Shown: piece by piece, positions 49,821 to 62,390 of the stretch
How positions within the stretch are numbered: the stretch's first letter is position 1
Layout of the letters: each line of letters begins with the position of its first letter
DNA from: Okamejei kenojei
Taxonomy: Eukaryota
Reading direction: 5' to 3'
DNA length: 64,000 nucleotides
Assembly: GCA_035221665.1 (NCBI GenBank)
Contig: CM069135.1
Span: forward strand, 26,598,001 to 26,662,000
Program-made: the position numbers and the translations under genes
Notes under the pieces: generated by a model
What the model saw: only the letters and a program-made list of their open reading frames with translations
What the model was told of the DNA's origin: nothing
Databases searched by the model: none

Positions 49821-50685
49821 CACTAGGGGTGCTGGACTGCCAGCAGCCTCTGCCTGCAGCCCATTTGTTTTTCCATCTTTTTTTAATTTTTTGTCAGTTT
49901 AAAGTTTGTTTTTGGGGGAGTCTTTAACTTTTCTATGTGGGGGAGGGGGGCAGGGTAAGGGGGAAACTAACTCCCAGTCACTTCCTGGCGGGGACGCGAC
50001 TATTTCTCCGAGTTGCGTGCTCGCCCCCCACCTCGCGGCCTACCTCCTGGATCGGAGCGGCCTTTCCTGCCGGGGACCGGGAACCGGACCAGAGCTGCAA
50101 CAGCGGCGGCGCGGTGCTGGAGTCACCACAGAGCGGGCGATGCCTACCTGGGTCGCCGTTGGAGCTCCGGAACGTTGGGCCGCTGCTCCAACATCGTGGA
50201 GCTCTGGTCTAGTGAGCTCCCAACGCGGGCAGCGCTGAACAACTTCCTGCAGTCCTGGGGCCCTTTGCCGAGGGCCTCCAGCGTTGCATCTCCACCCGGC
50301 GCGGCCAGTGGACTTTGGGAGCCGCGGACTCCGGTAGGAGGGGGCCGACTCTGGGTCCAGGCCGCTGAGGACGTCCTTCAGTCCCGACGTCGGACTTACA
50401 TCACCCCGGGGAGCGGGCCTGAACATCGGGCCGCCCGGAGCGGCGACTGCAGGGGGCTCGGGGAGGCCCCGACCACGGGGGAACAGTGGGGAACATTGGG
50501 AAGAGACTGACTTTGGTGCCTTCCCTCACAGTGGGAAATTTTGATCCTGCTGTGTGGGGATGTTTTATGTTTAATTCTATCTACTCCATGTTGTGTTCTT
50601 TATTTTTACTGTATGGCTGTATGGTGATTTAATTTCGCTGTGCCAATTGGCACATGTGGCAAATAAATGCATCTTATCTTATCTT
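49821..50685 (+). mobile_element. About 865-bp non-coding retroposon (relative of 44006-44826), inserted in a CR1 3' fragment (about 49725-50845)
   Basis: Host CR1 ...gccacgtcagtg | atatttttaaggc... is split by it; ends AATAAA plus (atctt)3. Confidence 0.65.
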
Positions 50686-51447
50686 ATATTTTTAAGGCAA
50701 AGATAGACAAATTCTTGTTTAGAACGGGTGTCAAGGGGAGAAGACAGGAAATGGGATTATGAGGCAGAGATCAGCCATGATTCAATGGCAGAGTAGACTC
50801 AATGGACCTAATGGTCTAATTCTACTCCTATAACTTGTGAACTTGTGTCTTTATTCAATTTACTGCGATGGATCTTGAACCACATATTTGGATAATGAGA
50901 TAAATGGATTAAATGCTGCACATGGTGGCCAAAGGGCCGGTTTCCATGTGGTATCTTTCAATCAGTTTAATCAAGGTTGCCCGTGTCAATGGGACTCCAG
51001 ATGGGTGCATGCATTGGTGACCATGGTTTACTGGATCTGCATTAGAGTGGGTCGAAGGATCAGGATATCTTCCCTTTTCCCATATAGGAAGATGCTGAGT
51101 TAAGAATCAAAGTTTCTAGCCAAATCAAACCAAAGCTGTAATGTTGCTGCCTTGAATCACGACCTTACTATTGCTCTTTGCAGTCTAGGCTCCACTGTGA
51201 ACTGATTCCTCGGGGGAGTTACCGTAAAGATCCAACTGGCTGTGGAAATTTAGATCCCAAAAGACAGTGGAAAAATAAGCACAAAATAATGTTGCAACAA
51301 TGTACACGTGACTAACTCGTTCGTGCGGTTTCTCTTAAAGCATGAACATTGTGATGTGGTGCCTGCGTCTTTTTGCAACAAAAAACAGTTGGGTTGTACT
51401 TTGAATTTGTATCTTTGCGATTGTAAATCGTTTTCTAGCTAACATAT

Positions 51448-52030
51448 TGTAGAGAAGGTACACAGACACCTTAAAGTCTTCACTACTTTATTAAGCATAC
51501 ATTATATATAGCCCTGGGTGTACGTGGTCTGTCACGATCACTAGAGGGCGAGCTAGGGGCGTGTAGGTTACAATTGTACTAACTGGTGGGGGAGTGGTTA
51601 GCATGGACATCGTTACTATCAATTAAAGGTGTACACACATATCATCTACATCCTACCTCTACCAAAACAAACAGTGAGTGACAGGGCGACCATGTCTCAT
51701 GCGCTAGGGTGAATGCAAACAGTAAAGCACAGGAATACAGGATCACACGTAATTGTTGTAAATTTAGCAAGCAGACAATCAGGGTCCTGGATACTCTCAC
51801 CCTGTCCATAGATGAACGACTCCGAACGCTCGAGCGCTTCGGGACCAGCCAGGTTAAGCAGCAGGGAAGCCTTGACAGCGGGGGCCACAGCAGGGTGGGC
51901 GATGGCAACATAATGCTCAAAGTCCCGTCGGAACACACTCTAGCGATGAGTGATGTCTGCATCAAAGACTAGGATGTCAGGTTTACGACAGGCAGAAGCC
52001 ATCACGGCACAGGGAGGGGGTACTGGGACT
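51448..52030 (-). mobile_element. Internally deleted Ty3/Gypsy remnant: gag start, PPT and 203-bp 3' LTR (51448-51650)
   Basis: LTR has TGTAGA...TCTACA termini and AATAAA; PPT AGAGGTAGGA at 51660-51651; from ATG 52002, MASACRKPDILVFD...FEHYVAI...KASLLLNLAGPEALER...DPDCLLAKF, which is gag-like. Confidence 0.75.
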
Positions 52031-52054
52031 AAGAAAATAAAACGCAATAGACTT

Positions 52055-54983
52055 ACATAGAAACATAGAAAATAGGTGCAGGAGTAGACCATTCAGCCCT
52101 TCGAGCCAGCACTGCCATTCAATATGATTATGACTGATCATTCAAAATCAGTACCCCGTTCCGGCTTTTTCCCCATATCCCTCGATTCCCTTATCCCTAA
52201 GAGCTAAATCTACAGCTTTGGTTTGATTTGGCTAGAAACTTTGATTCTTAACTCAGCATCTTCCTATATGGGAAAAGGGAAGATATCCTGATCTCTTGAA
52301 AACATCCAGTGAATTTCACTCAACTGCCTTCTTTGGCAGAGAATTCCACAGATTCAAAACTCTCTGGGTGAAAATGTTTGTCATCATCTCAGTCCTAAAT
52401 GACCTATCCCTAATTCTTAAACTGTGACCCGTGGTTCTGGACGCCCCCAACATCGGGAACATTTTTCCTGCATCTACCCTGTCCAATCCTCTAAGAATTT
52501 TATATGTTTCTGTAAGATCCCCTCTCATCCTTCTAAATTCCAGCGAATACAAGCCCAGTCTAACCATTTTTTCATCATATGTCAGCCCCGCCATCCCGGT
52601 AATTAACCTGGCGAACCTACGCTGCACTCCCTCAATAGCAATAATGTCCTTCCTCAAATTAGGAGACCAAAACTGCACACAATAGTTCAGGTACGGTCTC
52701 ACCAGGGCCCTGCACAACAATGAAGGCCAACACGCCATTAGCTTTCTTCACTGCCTGCTGTACCTGAATGCTTACTTTCAGTGACAGATGTACAAGCACA
52801 CCCAGGGTCTCGTTGCACCTCCCCTTCTCCTAATCTGACACCATTCAGATAAGAATCTGCCTTCCTGTTCTTGCCACCAAAGAGGATAACCTCACATATG
52901 TCCACATTATACTGCAACTGCCATGCATCTGCCCACTTACCCAACCTATCCAAGTCACCCTGCAGCCTCATAGCATCCTCCTCGCAGCTCACAGTGCCAC
53001 CCAGCTTTGTGTCATCCACAAACTTAGAGATCTTACATTTAATTCCTTTGCCTAAATCGTTAATTTATATTATAAACACCTGGGGTCCCAGCAACGAGCC
53101 TTGCGGCACCCCACTAGTCACTGCCTGCCATTCTGAAAAGGACCTGTTAATTCCTGCTCTTTGCTTCCTGTATGCCAACCAGTTCTCCATTCATGTTAAT
53201 ATCCTACCCCCAATACTATGTGCTCTGATTTTGCACACTAATCTCTTGTGTGGAACCTTGTCAAAGGTTTTTTGAAAGTCCAGATACACCACAGCCACTG
53301 GTCTCCCTCATCCATTCTACTTGTTACATCGTCAAAAAATTCCAAAAGATTAGTCAAGCATGATTTCCCCATCATAAATCCATGCTGACTTTGACCGATC
53401 CCGTCACTGCTTTCCAAATGCACTGCTATAACATCTTTAATAATCGACTCCAGCATCTTCGCCACCACCGATGTAATGCTAACTGGTCTATAATTCCCCG
53501 TTTTCTCTCTCCCTCCGTTCTTACAAATTGGAGTTACATTGGCTACCCTCCAGTCCACAGGAACTGATCCAGAGTCGAGAAAATATTGGAAAATGATCAC
53601 ATTGAAACATAGAAAATAGGTGCAGGACTAGGCCATTCGGCCCTTCGAGCCTGCACCGCCATTCAATATGATCATGGCTGATCATCCAACTCAGTATCCC
53701 GTACCTGCCTTCTCTCCATACCCCCTGATCCCTCTAGCCACAAGGGCCACATCTAACTCCCTCTTAAATATAGCCAATGAACTGGCCTCAACTACCTTCT
53801 GTGGCAGAGAATTCCAGAGACTCACCACTCTCTGTGTGAATCACCAATGCATCCATAATTTCTAGGGCCACCTCCTTGAGTACCTGGGGAAGCAGACCAT
53901 CAGGCCCTGTGGATGTATCTGCCTTCAGTCCCAACAGTTTACCTAACACCATTTTCTGACTAATGTGGATTCCCTTCACTTCCTCCCTCCCACTAGACCC
54001 TTGGTCCCCTAGAATTTCCGGGAGATTGTTTGTGTCTTCCACAGAACCAAAGTACTCGTTTAACTGGTCTGCCATTTCCATGTTTCCCATTATAAATTCA
54101 CCTGTCTCTGACTGTAAGGGACCTACATTTGTCTTCACTAATCTTTTCCTTTTTACATACCTAAAGAAACGTTTACAGTCAGTTTTTATATTCCCTGCAA
54201 ACTTTCTTTCATGCTCTCTTTCCCCTCAATTAACGCATTTGTCCTTCTCTGTTGAGTTCTAAATTTATTCCAGTCGTCTGACTTGCCACTTTTTCTGGCC
54301 AATTTATATGCCTCTTTCTAGGATTTGCCGCCACTATCCTTGACTTCCCTCGTCAGCCACGGTTGAACTGCCTTCCCAGTTTTATATTTTTGCCAGAGAG
54401 GGATGAACAATTTCTGGAGTCCTTAAATCATTGCCATTGCATATCCACCGTCAACCCTTTAAGTATAATTTGCCAGTCTATCCTAGCCAATTCCCGTCTC
54501 ATACCTTCAAAGTCTCCTTTATTCAAGTTCAGGAGCCTAGTCTCCGAATTAACCGTGTCACTCTCCATCCTAATGCAGAATTCCACCATATTATGGTCAC
54601 TGTTGCCCACGAGGCCTTGCACAACAAGATCACTAACTAATCCTTCCTCACAATACCCAGTATAGGATGCCACACATATCCCTAATTTCCTGCTTGATGC
54701 TATCCCCAACCTCCCTACTGCTATTTGTATACAACTCCAACAAGTGTTTTTTGCCCTTGGCTATTTTATAGTTCTACCCATACTGATTCTACAGCATCCA
54801 AGCTAATGTCTCTCCTTGCTATTGCATTAATCTCCTCTTTAACCAGCAATGCCACCCAACCCCCTCTTCCTTTCTGTCTATCCTTCCTGAATATCGAATA
54901 CCCCTGCATGTTTAGGTACCAGCCTTGGTCACCCTGGAGCCATGTCCCTGTAATTCCAACTATATCATATCCCTTAACTACTA
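52055..54983 (-). mobile_element. 5'-truncated CR1 LINE with nested CR1 3' fragment (53601-53839)
   Basis: EN (YDIVGITGTW, FRKDR..GRGG, GNSDHN) and RT motifs; nested copy flanked by TSD ATCAC at 53596-600 and 53840-44. Confidence 0.93.
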
Positions 54984-55199
54984 ATATCATATCCCTTAAC
55001 TACTAATCATATCCCTTAGCTACTATTTCCTCAGGGGAAATCTAAATTATTCCGATCAAAAGTTGAAACTCGGCTTTCTGTTATAAGTAGACGATTGTTT
55101 AGACGATATACAAGAAACTGTTGATGCTGGTTTACAAAAAAAATGACACAAAGTGTCTAGAGGTTAGCGAGCGCAATTTGAGGCGGATGTTTGATCCCA

Positions 55200-58100
55200 A
55201 ATGTAGCGCATTGAATACCCAGAATATTCAAGGGTATACCTCCTATCGAAGGAGACATACAGGTGGGCAGAGGGGGTGAGGTAGCTCTGTTGGTGAGGAA
55301 TTAAATTCAATCCCTTGCAAGGGGTGACATTGAAACAGGAGATGTGGTGTCAGTATGGATTGTAAGTGTAAAAATACCCTAATGGGACTTATCTACAGGC
55401 CCCCAAACAGTAGCCTTGATATAGGGTGCAAGTTGAATCAAGAGTTAAAATTGGCATGTCCTATAGGTATTGCTACGGTTGTTATGGGAGATTTCAACAT
55501 GCATGTAGACTGGGAAAATCAGGTTGGTACTGGACCCCAAGAAAGGGAGTTTGTGGAATGCCTCCGTGATGGATTGTATTGGAGCCTACCAGGGAGAAGG
55601 TAATTCTGGACTTAGTGTTGTGTAATGAACCAGATTTGATAAGGGAATTGAGGTTAAGGAGCCATTAGGAGGTAGTGACCATAATATGGTAAGTTTTAAT
55701 CTACAATTTGAGAGGGAGAAGGGTAAATCGGAGGTGTCAGTGTTACAGTTGAACAAAGGGGACTATGGAGTCATGAGAGAGGAGCTGGCCAAAGTTGACT
55801 GGAAAGATACCTAAGCAGGGATGACAGTGGAACAACAATGGCAGGTATTTCTGGGAATAATATAGAAGGTGCAGGATCAGTTCATTCCAAAGAGGAAGAA
55901 AGATTCCACGGGGAGTAAGGGGAGACCGTGGCTGACAAGGGAAGTCAGGGACAGTATAAAAATAAAAGAGAAGTAAAACATAGCACAGATGAGCGGGAAG
56001 CAAGAGAATTGTTTAAAGAGTTTAAAGATCAAGAGAAGATAACTAAAAAGGTAATACGGGGAGAAAAGATGAGGTACGATGGTAAGCTAGCCAAGAATAT
56101 AAAAGAGGATAGTAAAAGCTTCTTTAGGTATGTGAGGAGGAAAAAATAATTAAGACCAAAGTTGGACCCTTGAAGACTGAAAAAGGTGAATTTATTATGG
56201 GGAACAAGGAAATGGCAGATGAGTTGAACAGGTACTTTGGATCCGGCTTCACTAAGGAGGACACAAACAATCTTCCTGATGTACAAGTGGCCAGAGGATC
56301 TGGGGTGACGGAGGAACTGAAGGAAATCCACTTTAGGCAGGAATGGTGATGGATAGACTGATGAGACTGAAGGCTGATAAACTCCTGATGGTCTGCATCC
56401 CAGGGTACTTAAGGAAGTGGCTCTATAAATCGTGGGCTTGGTGATAATTTTCCAATGTTCTATAGATTCAGGATCAGTTCCTGTGGATTGGAAGGTAGCT
56501 AATGTAATCCCACTTTTTAAGAAACGCGGGAGAGAGAAAACAGGGAATTATAGACCAGTTAGCCTGACATCGGTAGTGGGGAAGATGCTGGAGTCAATCA
56601 TAAAAGCTGAAATAGCGGCACATTTGGATAGCATAAACAGGATCGGTCCGAGTCAGCATGGATTTACGAAGGGGAAATCATGCTTGACTAATCGTCTGGA
56701 ATATTAAGGATATAACTAGGAAAATGGACAAGGGAGAGCCAGTGGGTTTTAGTGTACCTAGACTTTCAGAAAGCATTTGATAAGGTCCCACATAAGAGAT
56801 TAGTGGTTAAAATTAAGGCACATGGTATTGGGGGTAGTGTGCTGACATGGATAGAAAATTGGTTGGACCTTTATCAGAAGGGGACTCTTTCCTCCTTCCA
56901 AGAGTTGCAGGAGAAATACGATCTGAATAATTTTTTCAGATACCTCCAGGTTATGGACTATGTGAGAAATACAGGCGACTACTCCTCTGCAGGTCCAGCC
57001 AAACTCGATGAGTGTCTGAATAGACATGCAGATACAGAGAAGTTGATATCCTACATTTACAATGTCCTTCAAAACATCAACACCCCATCATCTGAGGTTT
57101 ATAGGCGTGCATGGGAGGATGAGATGGGTCAACAAATCTTCAACGATATATGGGGCGAAAGCTTACAATACATCCACTATTGCTCCTTAAATGCCAGACA
57201 CCGATACAGTTCAAAGTGCTGCACAGGCTATACTACTCAAAGACCAAATTGAGCAAGATTTTCCCCAGTGTTTCCCCTCTTTGCAATAAATGTCAGTCTC
57301 AAGAAGCCACCTAAACCCACAGTTTTGTACTGTGTACAAAAATAGGACGTTTTTGGACGGAAGTATTCAGCGTCATCTCCAAAACACTGAAAATCCCATT
57401 AGAGCCAGACCCAAAATTGATAATACTGGGAATATCAGAGGCATGTAGCAATATAACGGTCTTTCAATTACACTTTCTCGATTACGGTCTAATATCAGCA
57501 AAAAAACGTATACTTAAATTCTGGAAAAAGACTGCAGTCCCTTCAGTGAAGATGTGGATTACAGAGATGACGGATACACTACACCTAGAGAGAATTAGTT
57601 TGGTCTTGAATGATAAACTGGAACAATGTTTAAAAATATGATCTCCTTTTATTGAATTTCTTGAGCAACACAAATGTTGGACACAAATTCGAAACTGATC
57701 ATAGGGCTGGGTGAGCGGGCGCATGGCTGGGTCGACGGATATATCTCCTCTCTTTTCTTCTTTCTTTCTTTTCTCTCCCTCTTCTCCTTCGTCTCTTTTT
57801 AATTTAATGTTCTGCTTGGAAAATGTTAAAATCAAAGCTGTTCACAAAGTTGTAACATTGTCAAGTTTTTTGTACAATTGCTTCCAATAAAATAAATATT
57901 TAAATAAATAAATAAATTAAATTGGTTGACAGATAGGAGTAAGGATTAACAGGTCCCTTTCAGAATGGCAGGCAGTGACTAGTGGGGTACCGCAAGGCTC
58001 GGTGCTGGGACCGCAGCTATTTACAATATACATCAATGATTTAGATGAAGGGATTCAACGTAACATTAGCAAATTTTCAGATGACACAAAGCTGGGTGGC

Positions 58101-58997
58101 AGTTTGAACTGTGAGGAGGATGCTATGAGAATGCAGGGTGACTTGGACAGGTTGGGTGAGTGGGCAGATGCATGGCAGATGCAGTTTAATGTGGATAAAT
58201 GTGAGGTTATCCACATTGGTAGCAAAATCAGGAAGGCAGATTATTATCTAAATGGTTTCAAGTTGGGACAAGAGGAAGTACAATGGGATCGGGAGGTCCT
58301 TGTTCATCAGTCAATGAAAGTAAGCATGCAGGTACAGCAGGCAGTGAAGAAAGCGAATGGCATGTTGGCCTTCTTAACAAGAGGAGTTGAGTATAGGAGC
58401 AAATAGGTCCTCCTGCAGTTGTACAGGGCCCTAGTGAGACCACACCTGGAGTATTGTGCTTAGTTTTGGTCCCCTAATTTGAGGAAGGACATTCTTGCTA
58501 TTGAGGGAGTGTAGCGTAGGTTTACAAGGTTAATTCCCGGGATGGCGGGACTGTCATATGCTGAGAGAATGGAGCGGCTGGGCTTGTACACACTGGAGTT
58601 TAGAAGGATGAGATGGGATCTTATTGAAACATATAAGATTATTAAGGGTTTGGACACATGGAAACATGTTCCTGATGTTGGGGGAGTCCAGAACCAGGGG
58701 CCACAGTTTAGGGGTATAATCTAGGGGAATAAGGGGTAAGCCATTTAGAACAGAGACGAGGAAACACTTTTTCTCACAGAGAGTTGTGAGTCTATGGAAT
58801 TCTCTGCCTCAGAGAGTGGTGGAAGCCGTTTCTCTGGATACTTTCAAGAGAGAGCTAGATAGGGCTCTTAAAGATAGCGGATATGGGGAGAAGACAGGAA
58901 CGGGGTACTGATCGGGGTTGATCAGCCATGATCACATTGAATGGCGGTGCTGGCTCGAAGGGCCGAATGGCCTACTCCTGCACCTATTGTCTATTGC
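55200..58997 (+). mobile_element. 5'-truncated CR1 LINE
   Basis: IYRPPNS, MGDFN, GNYRPVSLTSVVGK, SGVPQGSVLGP, FSDDTKLGG; 3' UTR and (ctattg)n tail. Confidence 0.95.
56866..57918 (+). mobile_element. L1 3' fragment nested in CR1
   Basis: L1 ORF2 C-terminus (FFRYLQV, CNKC); (aaat)n tail; 10-bp TSD AAATTGGTTG at 56856-65 and 57919-28. Confidence 0.92.
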
Positions 58998-59403
58998 ATC
59001 GTGGTCCACATCCTTTCAGTTCATGTAGACACAAAGAGCTGCGGATGCTGGTGTATTATTTATTTTTTTTTAAAGCATGAAGTGCTGGCGTAATTCAACG
59101 AGTCAGGCAGATTCTGTCGTGACCCTCTGAGTTGCTCCAGCACTTTGCGCCCATTCAATTAATGCTCCGTCTGCGTGTCTCCACCAAAGCAGGGAGTTTT
59201 CTCTCGGTGAAAGCAGGGTATCTCTCTGTCTTCTGACAGAGAGAGCCTCCCTTTTAATGAATCATTTTGCTTTGGTCATGTGCTTCTTCTGCCAGTCTCC
59301 AGCTGCGGGAGCAGGAAGTATAGTCTTTTGTTTGGTTGTTCACCCGATGACATGAAGCGCCTGATCTCATGGCTGCACGGAACTGCGAGGCGGCAGTGAA
59401 GCG

Positions 59404-59754
59404 ATGGATGCGGAGGGCGAGGCGCCCCTCTTCCCCACCCTCTCTCCGGCCATCTCCTTTGTGAAGCTGGGCTTGACCGTCGCCTACACCGTCTTCTACT
59501 CGCTGCTGTTCGCGTTTGTCTGCGTTCAGCTCCTGTTGATTCTGCACTATGGGCACAAGAGGCTGAGCTACCAAACGGTGTTTCTCTTCCTCTGCTTGAT
59601 CTGGGCTGCCCTGAGGACCATCCTTTTCTCGTTTTATTTCGAGGATTTTGCGCCAGCCAACTCGCTCGGTCCCTTCCCTTACTGGCTGCTCTACTGCTTC
59701 CCAGTCTGTCTTCAGTTCTTCAGTTTAAGTTTGATGAACCTGTACTTCACGCAG
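59404..59754 (+). CDS. GPR137B: GPR137B (TM7SF1, lysosomal 7TM protein) coding exon 1
   Basis: [26 protein letters not shown]...[52 protein letters not shown]. Donor CAG|GTGAGT, phase 0. Divergent neighbour of NID1, as in mammals. Confidence 0.93.
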
Positions 59755-61489
59755 GTGAGTGCTGGCGCGTTTGTTTCTTGCCCACAAAAGCGTTCGAGTT
59801 GCTGAACTGCATTCTGACAGTTAAGCTTAGAGGTAAAAAAAATCGCTTTTCATTTACAGGTAGTTTTGCTATAACGCAATAGTCGCGTTATAAATGTCCC
59901 AATGAGCAAAGGGGTGAGGTTGGGGAGTTTCAGATTCACAATAACTAAGTTATTTTCTCCCGCAGGGCTTTCAAAAAACAAAGGCCTTTTTAATAGCTAC
60001 GTTTATGTCTGTTGCTGCAAGTTAAAAGTAGGAAAATCTGCATGTTATATTATTAAATAGACTATTGGCGCGCAAGTGTCAATAGAACCGATCGCTTGTC
60101 AATTTCGATGATCACCCGGGACGAAACTCTGTTTAAATCCAAGACAGCATTTTCGTCTGCTTGGCAGTTTCCAAAGTAACTTTTAATTGGTTCTCTAGTT
60201 CCCTATCAAAATTGTTGTGTTGTAACCAACTTAATAGTGATATCATTGTTACTGTAGTAACCGTGTCATACCAATAGTATTAAGCTTTCAGACATCTTTG
60301 ATCTGAAACATCCACTGTTTCTCTTTCCTTTGACATTCCTTGTCCAGTGGAGTGTTTCCAGCAATTTGCTTTTTTTTTTAAATTTGCATTTGGTGTGTAT
60401 TTCACCTGATTATCTCCAGAGAGGTTATTGTGATGTAATATTATTGAGGGCAGGAATCAAGCTAGAATTTGAAAAGGTGGCAACTCCAGAGATCAGTCTG
60501 CCCAGGCTATTCTTCTGAATTTGGGATTTTAATGAAAAATTAAATTTTAAAATCCACTTTGCTTCTACTGTGATCCAGGGAGCTGTGAAGGGTGCCTTTG
60601 CAGCATCTTCCCTCAAAGTTATTCCTCTTTCTGTGACCTTCCATTAGCAGCTGTCATATCAGCATGGTGGGTGTGAGCGAGACAAGTGGTCTTGCAACAA
60701 ACTGTCCTAAACATGTCCCTCTGCCACCTCATGGCACTCCAGTTGCTGTTTTCTCATTTGTTGCTCACTTGCTGGATGACCTACCTACCTACCTGACATG
60801 GGGAAACCAGACTGCAGTGGTTTCCCCATGCCTGCTGGGTGAAGGTGGGCACTGAGACACGTGAGCAGAACCTCTCTGCTTTAAGGGTGCACAGATTTAC
60901 AATTACGTTGGACAGACATAGGTTGCAGGCTGAAGGAGATTGCAGCCAAACTTAAAATGCTTCAGGAATAGCAGTTGCGATTAGTAGGTTGGGCAGATGT
61001 AGGGGGTGGGACCGCCGTGAAAATGTTCAAATCCAGGAACTCACTAAATAATCCCACGGAATAATAAAAGCACAAAAGGCAGAACTGAAATCAGTTGAAA
61101 ATGAAGAACTGACAGACTTCACTAAAGCTTCTCCTTTTCCCCATGTAATGCCCTCACTGATTTATCACTGTGGCGTCAAGCTCACAACCCCCAAGAACCA
61201 CTTCTATTCCCAGCTCCACTACCTGCATATTTCCAAATCCTCCTCATTTGCCCAATTACACTATTGAACCATGGCAGCAGCAGGGACACTTGCAAGCATG
61301 AGAAGCCCACCTTGAGTTGCCCACCATCTATCGACCTGTCGACTGCAACAGGCTCTGTGCAGAACCATCAATATTCTGAAATATAATTGATAAAACCTTC
61401 CCATAACTTTCCCTGCTGTAAAGTAAACAAGGTTATCCACGTAATTGTAGTTTTTTGTCATTCCTCAAATCCTGAAATGATTGTAATTG

Positions 61490-62390
61490 CTAAACAGAGT
61501 TTTAATAAAGGCTAAGTATTTTATACCACAAGTTAAGAAATCCTGGATCTATATTTATACACAGCAGAAACTACCAGAAACGTTAAATGAATCTATTATA
61601 ACACTTATACCTAAAATATAGAAAGATCGGGATGACCCAGGATCATTTAGAGCTACAGCTCTTTTAAATACTGATCAAAAGATATTAACTAAAATATTAA
61701 CACAAAGGCTGTACAGTTTTTAATGAATTAATTCATCCCAATCAAACAGGATTTATACCAAAATGATATTCCTCATATAACTTGAGACGTTTATTCAATA
61801 TTATATACTCAAAAAGAGGTATTAATAAAGATCTAGTAGTTATTTCGTTAGATGCGGAGAAAGCCTTCGACCAGGTGGAATGGTCTTACTTGTTTTCGGT
61901 TATGGAAACTTTTAAATTGGGAGAGAAGTTTATTACTTGGGTCAAATTATTATACACTAACCCAACAGCCAGAATAATAACAAATCAAACACTATCAACT
62001 AAATTCAGTCTATCTCGAGGCTGTAGACAAGGTTGCCCTTTATCCCCACTACTATTTGCACTTGCAATAGAACCATTAGCTCAACGTGTGAGATCACATC
62101 CTGATACCAGAGATACTGAAAATAAAATCTCCTAGTATGCGGATGATGTATTACTTTATATTACAAAACCGGAAATTAGTATCCAAAATTTATTAAAATT
62201 AATAACTGAATTTGGATCTTTTTCAGGATATAGTATTAATTGGAATAAAAGTGAACTCATGCCAATAATGGTAAATAACTTACATATATTACAACAATTT
62301 CCTTTTAAGATAACAAACGAAAAAATTAAATATCTTGGAATTTATGTAACAAAAAGATTTGATTCTTTATTTAAATCCAACTTCCCACTC
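61490..62390 (+). mobile_element. L1 ORF2 RT fragment
   Basis: ISLDAEKAFDQVEW, GCRQGCPLSPLLF, YADD, KYLGI. Confidence 0.9.

Noticed and set aside
49906-50510. Overlapping 90-165 aa ORFs; similar ones at 44156-44790, 45314-45739 and 29125-29571
   Set aside because: GC-rich repeat bodies open in several frames; no peptide shared between related copies.
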